Positions 56,433 to 64,000 of a DNA stretch of 64,000 bases are shown piece by piece. The position numbers were made by a program, and so were the translations under genes. Location: the NCBI GenBank assembly GCA_020434585.1, contig JAGRAN010000043.1, positions 1,157 through 65,156 on the forward strand. The letters run 5' to 3'. This DNA comes from Bdellovibrionales bacterium. Lineage in GTDB: Bacteria; Bdellovibrionota_C; UBA2361; SZUA-149; JAGRAN01. A model generated the notes under the pieces. The model was given only the letters and a program-made list of their open reading frames with translations, ran no database searches and had not been told where the DNA came from. Each line of letters starts with the position of its first letter. The stretch's first letter is position 1.

Positions 56433-57221
56433 TTGTCAAACCAGCGCCACTCCTCCCTGATGCACAAGTTTCTCGGCTCTGCGAGATGGGAAAAACTTTT
56501 CTCTGCGCTAAGAACGGAATCGGAAACTACCTGCGAACCGCCGGTGGGAACACTCGCTTTGGTCGCTGCGCTTGCAATTGCTGTTACACCCGTTGTCCTG
56601 ACTTTGCTACAGCATGTGTCGCCTTCTACATCGGTTGACCTTCCGACTCTAAGCTTCGCCGTTTGCACAGTAATGGCGATTCTAATGCGACGCTGGCTCA
56701 AACTCGACTATCGTCCCACCGTCAAATGGAAGGAGTCGCTCAGTCTCACCCACACAGCATTTGCATTAGGCTGTTTACCGGCCGCGATTTTGATCGCGCT
56801 TAATCCGACAATGTTTGCTGAACGGCACGACATTTTGACTACCGCAGTTCCGCTTGAGCCGACCACCGACACAAATCCAATTCTGTTTGCAATCCATGCG
56901 GGCGGAGTTGTGGTCTTCCTCGCAGCCTGGGCCGCGGTAACTGAAGAGTTTTTATTTCGAGGGCTGCTCGTTAGCGTCATTCGAAGATGGTCTTTTATAT
57001 CTTCCCAACGCACAAAAGACGCTATCGCCGCCCTTTCCAGTGCAACCATTTTCGGAATCGCCCACTACCCCACTTGGGGACTAACCGCAGCTCTGGCGCT
57101 TGGCTGCATCGGCAGCGGATTTGTGATTGGATACATAGCAAATGGGGAGCGGCTGACTCCGCTTATTTTTTATCATTTCTGCTTTGATACTCTAAGTATT
57201 TTAGTAATTTTTATGCTTTAA
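56433..57221 (+). CDS. CPBP-family intramembrane glutamic endopeptidase (CAAX protease-like)
   Basis: TEEFLFRGLL motif, FGIAH, and a later His. Confidence 0.8.
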   Translation: MSNQRHSSLMHKFLGSARWEKLFSALRTESETTCEPPVGTLALVAALAIAVTPVVLTLLQHVSPSTSVDLPTLSFAVCTVMAILMRRWLKLDYRPTVKWKESLSLTHTAFALGCLPAAILIALNPTMFAERHDILTTAVPLEPTTDTNPILFAIHAGGVVVFLAAWAAVTEEFLFRGLLVSVIRRWSFISSQRTKDAIAALSSATIFGIAHYPTWGLTAALALGCIGSGFVIGYIANGERLTPLIFYHFCFDTLSILVIFML

Positions 57222-57291
57222 TCAGGGCTTTTTTCCGCCCCTCGACCTCTACCTGCCTTAAGGCCTTAAGCTCCTGATTCTTCATCGATCT

Positions 57292-57322
57292 CTACTGCAT
57301 CTAAGCAGTAGGGCTGTTTTTA
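57292..57322 (+). terminator. Putative Rho-independent terminator after CPBP gene
   Basis: CTACTGC-ATCTAA-GCAGTAG stem-loop followed by GGCTGTTTTTAT. Confidence 0.4.
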
Positions 57323-57351
57323 TATTCCTAAGAGCATTACTAGGTTTTACC

Positions 57352-58170
57352 TTGGCAGATTTCTTCGGCAGCACGTTCGCAAGGCGATCCTTTAATCCAC
57401 GCCGCTTGGACTACGGAACAATCGCCGGCGCAATCGCTGCGTTCGGTCTCGTCTTCTTAGCGATCTATCTCGGCGGCGGCATTGAGTCCTTCGTCGACGT
57501 GAAAGCATTGCTGATCGTGCTGGGAGGAACTATTGGAGCAACCCTAATCAATTTTCCGCTAGATGATTTTGTTCGTGCGGTATCTGGCTTAAAAACCGCG
57601 TTCTTTCCCGATACCAAATCAGAAATGCAGCGTGTTCGAAAAATACTAGAACTATCGAGAAAGGTTCGTGCGGATGGAAGTCTTGCAATTGAAGGCGAAG
57701 TGTACAGCGAGCCAGATGCATTTCTACGTAAGTGTATTGAACTAATAGTCGACGGGACTGACAAGGAAGAGATACGCCAGATCTTGGAAATTGAGCTTTC
57801 GTTTTTGGAAGAACGGCACCGCAGAGGTGCTCAATTATTTCAGACGATGGGTGGGATTGCTCCTGCAATGGGCCTGATCGGCACACTGATTGGTTTGGTT
57901 CAGATGCTGCAAAACCTAAACGACCCTACTCAGATCGGTCCGGCCATGGCCGTAGCACTGCTGACCACATTTTACGGTGCAGTTTTCGCGAACCTAGTCT
58001 TTCTCCCAATCGCTGGAAAGCTGCGATCTCGGAGCGAAGAAGAGTTCCTCGTAAAAGAAATGACGATTGAAGGAATTACCGGTGTTGCCAGCGGCATCAA
58101 CCCCCGCATGATTGAAGCTAGAATGCTAAGCTTCCTCGCACCCGAGCTGCGGCACTCCGAGTTCAATTAA
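57352..58170 (+). CDS. motA: Flagellar motor stator protein MotA
   Basis: 272 aa with four TM helices. MotA/TolQ/ExbB signature (GLIGTLIGLVQM...ALLTTFYG). Confidence 0.85.
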   Translation: MADFFGSTFARRSFNPRRLDYGTIAGAIAAFGLVFLAIYLGGGIESFVDVKALLIVLGGTIGATLINFPLDDFVRAVSGLKTAFFPDTKSEMQRVRKILELSRKVRADGSLAIEGEVYSEPDAFLRKCIELIVDGTDKEEIRQILEIELSFLEERHRRGAQLFQTMGGIAPAMGLIGTLIGLVQMLQNLNDPTQIGPAMAVALLTTFYGAVFANLVFLPIAGKLRSRSEEEFLVKEMTIEGITGVASGINPRMIEARMLSFLAPELRHSEFN

Positions 58171-58180
58171 CGGCTGCGCT

Positions 58181-58996
58181 ATGAGCAGTGAGCCCAAAGA
58201 CGAACAGAAAGATCCTGCCGAGGAGCCTAAACCGAGCGCCTCGATCGAAGCGGCTTACGAATCGTTTCGCAGTAGGAAAGCGGCCACAGGACGACAGTCT
58301 GAAGAACAATCAGTAGAAGCATTTGGTGTGTCATTTACGAGCTTCTCGATGATCATGCTCGCGTTTTTTGTGTATTTGAATTCGCTGGCCGTACCAGATG
58401 TCGTCAGAAAGAGAACTGTTATTGGCTCATTATCCGAGCATTTTGTTCGAGCCGACGCAGCAACACCAATTGATGGTCCGCCAAGTGGTCAACAAATCGA
58501 CATACCGATTCCAGAGCTGATCCAGGGTTTTCCTGAGCTTACTTTTTCGACTAAGCACAGCATGGTTGCGGATGCAGCCGAAGACGCCTCATTTGACGTA
58601 GTGCGTGAAACCGACCGCTTCATAATAACGCTACCTGGAGAAGAGCTGTTCGCCAGCGGGGACGACAGGCTCAAGGCCGAAGTCCTCCCGGCACTAAAGC
58701 GCATCGGCGAACTGGTCAAGCAGCGAAAGTTGTATGCTGAAGTTGAAGGCCATACAGATAACCAGCCAATTAGCACCAGACGCTTTCCCTCCAACTGGGC
58801 ATTATCAATTGCGCGCGCCGTGTCAGTCCTCAGATTGTTTATCGATATTGGAGTAACGCCAGGCCACATTTCTGCAAGTGGTCGCGGAGAGTTTGTTCCG
58901 GTAGCATCGAACGACACGCTCGACGGCAGAGCAGAAAATCGACGAGTGGTACTTGTCATCTCCGAAAAAGATCCTCTTGGAGGTGACAACGCATGA
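58181..58996 (+). CDS. MotB-like paralog with OmpA/PG-binding domain but lacking the conserved TM aspartate
   Basis: The TM helix SFTSFSMIMLAFFVYL aligns to MotB YADLMTLLMAFF with D->S. The OmpA-like C-terminus is intact (NQPISTRRFPSNWALSIARA...ENRRVVL). Confidence 0.65.
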   Translation: MSSEPKDEQKDPAEEPKPSASIEAAYESFRSRKAATGRQSEEQSVEAFGVSFTSFSMIMLAFFVYLNSLAVPDVVRKRTVIGSLSEHFVRADAATPIDGPPSGQQIDIPIPELIQGFPELTFSTKHSMVADAAEDASFDVVRETDRFIITLPGEELFASGDDRLKAEVLPALKRIGELVKQRKLYAEVEGHTDNQPISTRRFPSNWALSIARAVSVLRLFIDIGVTPGHISASGRGEFVPVASNDTLDGRAENRRVVLVISEKDPLGGDNA

Positions 58997-59724
58997 GCAC
59001 GCTGGCCCGCAAACGAAAAGGTCGCCCAGCGCACGACATGCCGGACAACGCATGGATGCTGACGTTTTCGGATTTACTCACACTCCTGCTGACCCTATTC
59101 GTCCTTAGACTCTCGATGTCGTCGCTTTCAAAGAACCCGGAGGTTGCTGGGGAAATTCCTGGTGACGGAACAGCGGCCCAGACCACCGACCCAGATACCG
59201 AGGGCACGCACAAAACTCCAGAACAGTCGCCAGGGGCATTGTTTACTGGAATCGCCACACGACAGCTAACCGAGACGCTGGGTGAGCCGTTGCAGCAACA
59301 GGGCGAAAAGGCCTACTTCGCATCGGACTTTGAGGTAGAGCGTCTGGGTGACGGAAGTGTGATTAAGCTTGGAGGCAGCACTTTCCAGGCGGGAAGCGAC
59401 GAGCTGTCATTCAGAGCAGCTGAGGCTGTTTCCGCACTAGCAAAAGGACTTATCGGCACTAACTCCCGTATCAGAATTGCTGGGCACACCGACGATGTTC
59501 CAATAAATACCGATCGTTTTCCGTCAAATTGGGAGCTTTCCGGTGCTCGTGCGATTAGCGTCGCGCGACAAATGATTGACGCAGGTGTCGATGAACGGTC
59601 AATTTCAGCTGTTGGTTATGCTGACACCAGGCCGCTTGTCGACAACCGCGATGAAGCAAAGAAGCATCTTAATCGACGGGTGGAGATTTACGTCTTCCCC
59701 GACAAGAGCGGAGGGCCCTCTTAG
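58993..59724 (+). CDS. motB: Flagellar motor protein MotB
   Basis: N-terminal WMLTFSDLLTLLLTLFVL carries the conserved Asp. The OmpA-like domain carries (NRRVEI). Confidence 0.8.
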   Translation: MSTLARKRKGRPAHDMPDNAWMLTFSDLLTLLLTLFVLRLSMSSLSKNPEVAGEIPGDGTAAQTTDPDTEGTHKTPEQSPGALFTGIATRQLTETLGEPLQQQGEKAYFASDFEVERLGDGSVIKLGGSTFQAGSDELSFRAAEAVSALAKGLIGTNSRIRIAGHTDDVPINTDRFPSNWELSGARAISVARQMIDAGVDERSISAVGYADTRPLVDNRDEAKKHLNRRVEIYVFPDKSGGPS

Positions 59725-59819
59725 GTTTATTTCACCAAGGGCCTTAAATTTAGCCTTGATTTATAAGCACTTAGCTGATTGACTATAGGGGACGATCAGC
59801 ATCCAGAGCGGAGCGGCAC

Positions 59820-60326
59820 ATGGCAGAAGAAGAAGCAGAAGCATCAGAAGACGGAGGAGGAGGCGGTAAATCCGGCTCTAAGCTCATCATTATTATCGTT
59901 GTTGTAGTGCTGCTTTTGGGCCTGATCGGAGCTGGCGCGTTTTTCGCATTAAGTGGCGGTGGCGGAGATCACGGTGATGATGAGGGTGATGACGAAGAAC
60001 TCGAGGAAGAAGAAGAGCTGGGTGAACTTCCCGGCGCAATTTTCCCGCTTGAGGTCTTTATCGTCAACTTGGGGGTAAAGGGAAGTTTTCTCAAAGCTGC
60101 AATTCAGCTTGAGTTCATTGACCCGGAACCACCTCCTTCGATCGAGAACAACGTGCCGAAAGTGCGAGATGCGATCATTCGCGTTTTAAGCAGCAAGAAG
60201 GCAAACGAGATCTTAAGTATCGAAGGAAAGGAAAAGCTTCGCGGTGAAGTCGTAAATGCTGTTAACGACACGCTCGGCGGAGAAGATGTACTTCAAGTCT
60301 ACTTCACGGAGTTTATCATTCAGTAA
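59820..60326 (+). CDS. fliL: Flagellar basal-body-associated protein FliL
   Basis: TM helix, then a poly-Gly/acidic stretch, then the FliL core (FPLEVFIVNLG...AAIQLEF). Confidence 0.75.
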   Translation: MAEEEAEASEDGGGGGKSGSKLIIIIVVVVLLLGLIGAGAFFALSGGGGDHGDDEGDDEELEEEEELGELPGAIFPLEVFIVNLGVKGSFLKAAIQLEFIDPEPPPSIENNVPKVRDAIIRVLSSKKANEILSIEGKEKLRGEVVNAVNDTLGGEDVLQVYFTEFIIQ

Positions 60327-60360
60327 TTAACACGGCGGTTGCTACTAACGGGTTTTAAGG

Positions 60361-61359
60361 ATGAACCAGGTTCTAACTCAGGACGAAATTAACGCGCTGC
60401 TGCGCGGTCTCACCGATGGCGACATCGAGACAGACGAGTTTGACAGCCAGCAGGTCGAAGGCATTCGCAAGTATGATTTAGCCAGTCAGGAGCGAATCAT
60501 ACGAGGCCGAATGCCGACGATGGAACTTATCCACGATCGCTTCGCCCGATCCTTCAGAACCCAGCTGTCCAAATTTCTAGGCCGCTCATGCTTCATTAAC
60601 GTTGGCGGAATCGAGATCGTAAAATTCGGTCTCTTTATGAAGAAGCTTCCGCTTCCTTCAAGCCTGCACATTTATCGCATGCCCCCGCTTCAGGGATACG
60701 CTCTACTAGTAGTCTCGACGCCGCTGGTCTTTGCGATCGTCGACAGCCTGTTTGGTGGAAACGGAACAGGCAAAGTTAAAATCGAAGGACGTGAATATAC
60801 GGCAATCGAAACTCGCCTTATCGGCAAGGTCGTAATGATGGCGCTTGAGGTCTTGAAAGACGCATGGGCGCCGATTCACCCGGTTGATTTCGTTTATGTT
60901 CGTTCTGAGTTCAACCCGCTCGCGATTGCGATCGTACCACCAACTGATGTGGTAATTATTGTCACAATCGAAGTCGAACTCGAGCAGGAGAGCACTACTA
61001 TTACCTTCTGCACTCCGTATTCGACCATTGAGCCGCTCAGACAAAAACTTTCCACGGGATTTCAAAGCACCCGGCTCGAAGTTGACCGCACTATTATCCA
61101 GCGAATGGATCGAAACGTTCGCGGAACCAGCGTTAACCTCAGTGTCGAGCTCGGCAACGGAACTATTTCTACCCGAGACGCCTTGGAGCTCAAAGTTGGT
61201 GACATTATTCCGCTTGAGCAGTGCCCCTCAGAAGAGGCGGTTATCAAGGTTGAGGGAGTGCCTAAGTATCGAGGATTTGTCGGCTCGTCGAAAGGTAATC
61301 GCGCAATTCGCATGACCAGCGCGATTGATAACACTTTCATGACGAGTGATAAGAATTAA
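60361..61359 (+). CDS. fliM: Flagellar motor switch protein FliM
   Basis: N-terminal LTQDEINALL CheY-P-binding motif. FliM middle and SpoA-like C-terminal domains. Confidence 0.85.
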   Translation: MNQVLTQDEINALLRGLTDGDIETDEFDSQQVEGIRKYDLASQERIIRGRMPTMELIHDRFARSFRTQLSKFLGRSCFINVGGIEIVKFGLFMKKLPLPSSLHIYRMPPLQGYALLVVSTPLVFAIVDSLFGGNGTGKVKIEGREYTAIETRLIGKVVMMALEVLKDAWAPIHPVDFVYVRSEFNPLAIAIVPPTDVVIIVTIEVELEQESTTITFCTPYSTIEPLRQKLSTGFQSTRLEVDRTIIQRMDRNVRGTSVNLSVELGNGTISTRDALELKVGDIIPLEQCPSEEAVIKVEGVPKYRGFVGSSKGNRAIRMTSAIDNTFMTSDKN

Positions 61360-61376
61360 TAGGAACGGAGAAAGGT

Positions 61377-61745
61377 ATGGCAGACGAAACGCAGGATACC
61401 GAACAAGCAGTGAAGGGCGTTGCGCAAGCAGCAGAAGGAATGGTAGCAGCCACAGCCGAACAGCCGCAGCTGACAGGCGGGGGCCAGCAAAACCTCGATT
61501 TTCTTCTTGATGTTGCGCTGCAGGTAAGCGTGGAAGTAGGACGCTGCCGGATGTCAATTCAGGACCTTTTGCAACTTGGCCAAGGATCGGTCATCGAGCT
61601 CACCAAACTGGCCGGTGAGCCGCTCGATATTTTCATCAACGAGCGACCAATTGCCCGCGGCGAAGCTGTGATTGTAAACGAAAAGTTTGGTGTTCGAATA
61701 ACAGACATCATCTCGCAGCAAGAGCGTATCGAAGGCCTCGGTTAA
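61377..61745 (+). CDS. fliN: Flagellar motor switch protein FliN
   Basis: 122 aa. C-terminal SpoA domain (GSVIELTKLAGEPLDIFINERPIARGEAVIVNEKFGVRI). Confidence 0.8.
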   Translation: MADETQDTEQAVKGVAQAAEGMVAATAEQPQLTGGGQQNLDFLLDVALQVSVEVGRCRMSIQDLLQLGQGSVIELTKLAGEPLDIFINERPIARGEAVIVNEKFGVRITDIISQQERIEGLG

Positions 61746-61783
61746 GTCCGAGATTCTGCAGGTAAAGTTAAGGAAATTGAACC

Positions 61784-62323
61784 ATGTTTTATGGCAACGC
61801 TACCCGTTTATCTTTTGGGCCACAGCGCAGAGCGGTGCTTGCATCGCTTCTAATATTATCACTTTCGATTGCGTGCTTTGCAGTGCTGTTGACCCCCTCA
61901 TCGGCTCACGCTGACGAAGCAACAGCAGACTCTCCTGCGGCCAAGGCCGCGGAGCAAATGAAGAAGATCAAACCGCAGCTTCTCGGCTCGGCCGTTCCCT
62001 CAACCAACACACTGGCTTCAAGCGCGATAAAGGGAACTCTTTACTGCGTCGGCGCACTGCTTCTCGGATTCGCTTTAATCAAGCGCTTCTCGCCGCAGGA
62101 AAATTCCGGACAAAATCCTATTTCGATTCTCGCCAGGAAATCTATTGGAAACAAAAACAGTTTAATCTTGATTGAAGTTTTCGATCAGCAGTTCATCGTT
62201 GGCGCAGCCGGTGAGAACCTTTCGCTGATTACTAAGATCGAAAAGTCGGGCAGCTTCAGCGACGCGCTTGCTGAACAGTTTGCGGAAGAAGCACAGCCGA
62301 TCCTCAAGCAGGTAGGAGCTTAG
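61784..62323 (+). CDS. fliO: Flagellar biosynthesis protein FliO-like
   Basis: Single TM. Position between fliN and fliP. Confidence 0.55.
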   Translation: MFYGNATRLSFGPQRRAVLASLLILSLSIACFAVLLTPSSAHADEATADSPAAKAAEQMKKIKPQLLGSAVPSTNTLASSAIKGTLYCVGALLLGFALIKRFSPQENSGQNPISILARKSIGNKNSLILIEVFDQQFIVGAAGENLSLITKIEKSGSFSDALAEQFAEEAQPILKQVGA

Positions 62324-62329
62324 CAGTAG

Positions 62330-63088
62330 ATGTCTAAAAAACTTTACGCAGTTGGCGCGTTAGCAGCGATCATCTTGCTGATCCCGGCCGCAGCTGGAGC
62401 CGACGTACTTTCGCCGTCAATTACAATTAACCCTAGCGGCAGCTCGGACACGAGCAACGCCGAGGTTTTCACCGGGCTCAAGCTAGCCCTATTGCTTTCT
62501 GCGCTGACTTTTCTGCCGTCGCTGCTGATGAGCGTAACTTGCTTTGCTAGGTTCGTGATCGTTCTTTCGTTAACTCGGCAAGCTCTAGGCACAGCACAAA
62601 CTCCACCAAACCAGCTGCTAATCGGCCTCGCGCTGTTTCTGACGTTTGCGGTTATGTCGCCTGTTTTCAGCTCGATGTACAACGATTCACTCTTGCCATA
62701 TTCAGAGGACCAGATCGGACACAAAGAAGCTTACGACAAGGCATGGTCTCCCCTAAGGGACTTTATGCTGCGTCACACGCGCGAACAGGATCTTGAGCTG
62801 TTCATGGAAATCGGAAAAATGGAGCCGCCTGAGGCCCCGGAAAACTTGAGCCCAGTTGCAGTCGTTCCTGCGTTTTTACTGAGTGAGCTTAATTCAGCTT
62901 TCCAAATAGCGTTTTTGATTTATTTGCCGTTTCTGGTGCTAGATATGATTGTCTCCTCGGTGCTGACGTCGATGAGTATGATTACCCTTCCGCCGACGGT
63001 TATATCGCTGCCGATTAAGCTCATGCTGTTTGTCGTGATCGACGGATGGCATTTAATCATCGGCAATCTAGTGCAAAGCTACCACTAA
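62330..63088 (+). CDS. fliP: Flagellar export apparatus protein FliP
   Basis: Signal peptide plus conserved FliP core (FARFVIVLSLTRQALG). Confidence 0.9.
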   Translation: MSKKLYAVGALAAIILLIPAAAGADVLSPSITINPSGSSDTSNAEVFTGLKLALLLSALTFLPSLLMSVTCFARFVIVLSLTRQALGTAQTPPNQLLIGLALFLTFAVMSPVFSSMYNDSLLPYSEDQIGHKEAYDKAWSPLRDFMLRHTREQDLELFMEIGKMEPPEAPENLSPVAVVPAFLLSELNSAFQIAFLIYLPFLVLDMIVSSVLTSMSMITLPPTVISLPIKLMLFVVIDGWHLIIGNLVQSYH

Positions 63089-63100
63089 CGGAGGCAATCA

Positions 63101-63370
63101 ATGGGAATCGAAGATTTCATGCGAGTAACAACCTTCGGTATTGAGACCGCAATGATTGTTGCTGCCCCCGTACTGCTGATGGGCCTCGCTGCAGGTTTGA
63201 TGGTTAGTGTGTTTCAAGCCGCAACTCAGATTAACGACGCCGCCTTGGCATTTATTCCGAAAATATTAGCAACGGTTCTTGCGCTGTTTTATTTCGGACC
63301 GTGGATGATTTCCAAAATGGCTGCTTTTGCAACTTTCGCTCTGGGACAAATTCCACACGTAACGGGGTAA
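63101..63370 (+). CDS. fliQ: Flagellar export apparatus protein FliQ
   Basis: 89 aa with two TM helices. FliQ consensus. Confidence 0.9.
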   Translation: MGIEDFMRVTTFGIETAMIVAAPVLLMGLAAGLMVSVFQAATQINDAALAFIPKILATVLALFYFGPWMISKMAAFATFALGQIPHVTG

Positions 63371-63371
63371 G

Positions 63372-64000
63372 GTGAGCGCCGACCTAAGCAGCTACTATGA
63401 CGTGTCCTTTCTCTGGACTTTGTTCCTGTTAACTACACGTTCAACTGGAATATTGTTTGCGCTGCCCGGAGTCGGCACCAGCCAAATTCCTGCACTCGTG
63501 AGAATGTCAGTTGCGATACTAATCGGCCTAGCTGCTACCACCTCTGGAGTAAAAGCGCCGCAGCCAGAGCACTTGATTGACGGCGGCTTGATGGTAATTT
63601 CAGAATTTACTCTGGGATACCTACTCGCAACGATTCCAGCCATGATTGTGAGTAGCTTAGCGATCACCGGCCAAGTGGTGTCAGGTACAATCGGTCTCGG
63701 CTTTGCCAACCTTATTGACCCGTCCATCGGACAAAGTCTCGCAATTTTAGCTAGAATTGAGTCACTGGTTGCAACACTGGTGTTCCTACTCGTAGATGGG
63801 CATCACGTGATCATTCGAGCAGTCACAGGCTACGGCGGCAATCTGCCGATCGGTTCGTTTTATCCGGGAATGGAGACGGGGCTGTTCTTCCTCGAAAGAT
63901 TCTCAGCCGTGTTTGAGGTGGCTATTATCTGCAGTGCACCCATCTTGGTCAGTATTCTCGTAACTCAGTTCGTGTTGGGTCTAATCACAAAGTCTGTTCC
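63372..64000 (+). CDS. fliR: Flagellar export apparatus protein FliR (partial, runs off window end)
   Basis: GTG start 1 nt after the fliQ stop. VSADLSSYYDVSFLWTLFLLTTRSTGILFALPG... is FliR-like and polytopic. Not in the track because it is open at the 3' edge. Confidence 0.75.
   Translation, partial: MSADLSSYYDVSFLWTLFLLTTRSTGILFALPGVGTSQIPALVRMSVAILIGLAATTSGVKAPQPEHLIDGGLMVISEFTLGYLLATIPAMIVSSLAITGQVVSGTIGLGFANLIDPSIGQSLAILARIESLVATLVFLLVDGHHVIIRAVTGYGGNLPIGSFYPGMETGLFFLERFSAVFEVAIICSAPILVSILVTQFVLGLITKSV

Noticed and set aside
1-64000. CRISPR arrays, rRNA genes, transposases or integrases
   Set aside because: No regularly spaced direct repeats and no rRNA-like conserved stretches were seen. 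No transposase or integrase-like ORFs were seen either.

Overview
Chromosomal window (about 50% GC) from a flagellated diderm (Gram-negative-type) bacterium of uncertain lineage. In order, it contains the following.
(1) Positions 1-2600: a small accessory-looking region. Two tandem paralogous signal-anchored protein genes lie on the minus strand (327 aa, and an unannotated 52-aa gene). Each is bracketed by conserved, hairpin-rich non-coding elements, A and B, whose core sequences are mutual reverse complements.
(2) Housekeeping genes: trmFO, a 2-oxoacid-dehydrogenase E2 followed by a fused lipB-lipA gene, tamB translationally coupled to a BamA/Omp85 gene, and trxA-thiS-thiG-thiE.
(3) Positions 18-32.5 kb: an exopolysaccharide locus with PEP-CTERM-locus-type parts. 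These are a Wza-like exporter, a PrsT-like TPR lipoprotein, a Wzz-like co-polymerase, a BY-kinase-type ATPase with a C-terminal Tyr cluster, GT2/GT4 glycosyltransferases, a DegT aminotransferase, a PEP-CTERM-subfamily polysaccharide deacetylase, a FemAB-like protein, and a flippase-like/GT2 fusion. No exosortase or PEP-CTERM substrate is visible in the window.
(4) Positions 33-37.6 kb: a Tad-like pseudopilin gene set, with TadE-like N-termini and an 891-aa TadG-like protein. No pilin, ATPase or secretin is present.
(5) Positions 39.1-44.2 kb: the most unusual element, a candidate peptide-modification (RiPP-like) cassette. It holds a PqqD-family protein, a 643-aa fusion of an S24/S26 Ser-Lys peptidase domain with a Pol-beta nucleotidyltransferase, a convergently encoded 63-aa acidic peptide with a good RBS, an ABC-2 exporter, and an HprK-related P-loop kinase. 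No lasso cyclase or B2 protease is present.
(6) Positions 44.3-55.3 kb: a second glycan-assembly locus. It holds two large polytopic GT-C-like membrane proteins, a membrane-anchored alkaline-phosphatase-superfamily enzyme, two GT2s, a secreted GH13, and a PfkB kinase.
(7) A CPBP intramembrane protease, then the start of a flagellar operon: motA, a motB paralog lacking the conserved proton-binding Asp, motB, and fliL-M-N-O-P-Q-R (fliR truncated at the window edge).
No rRNA, tRNA, CRISPR array or transposase gene was recognised. The track uses TTG and GTG as starts, and ORFs touching the window edges are not listed in it.
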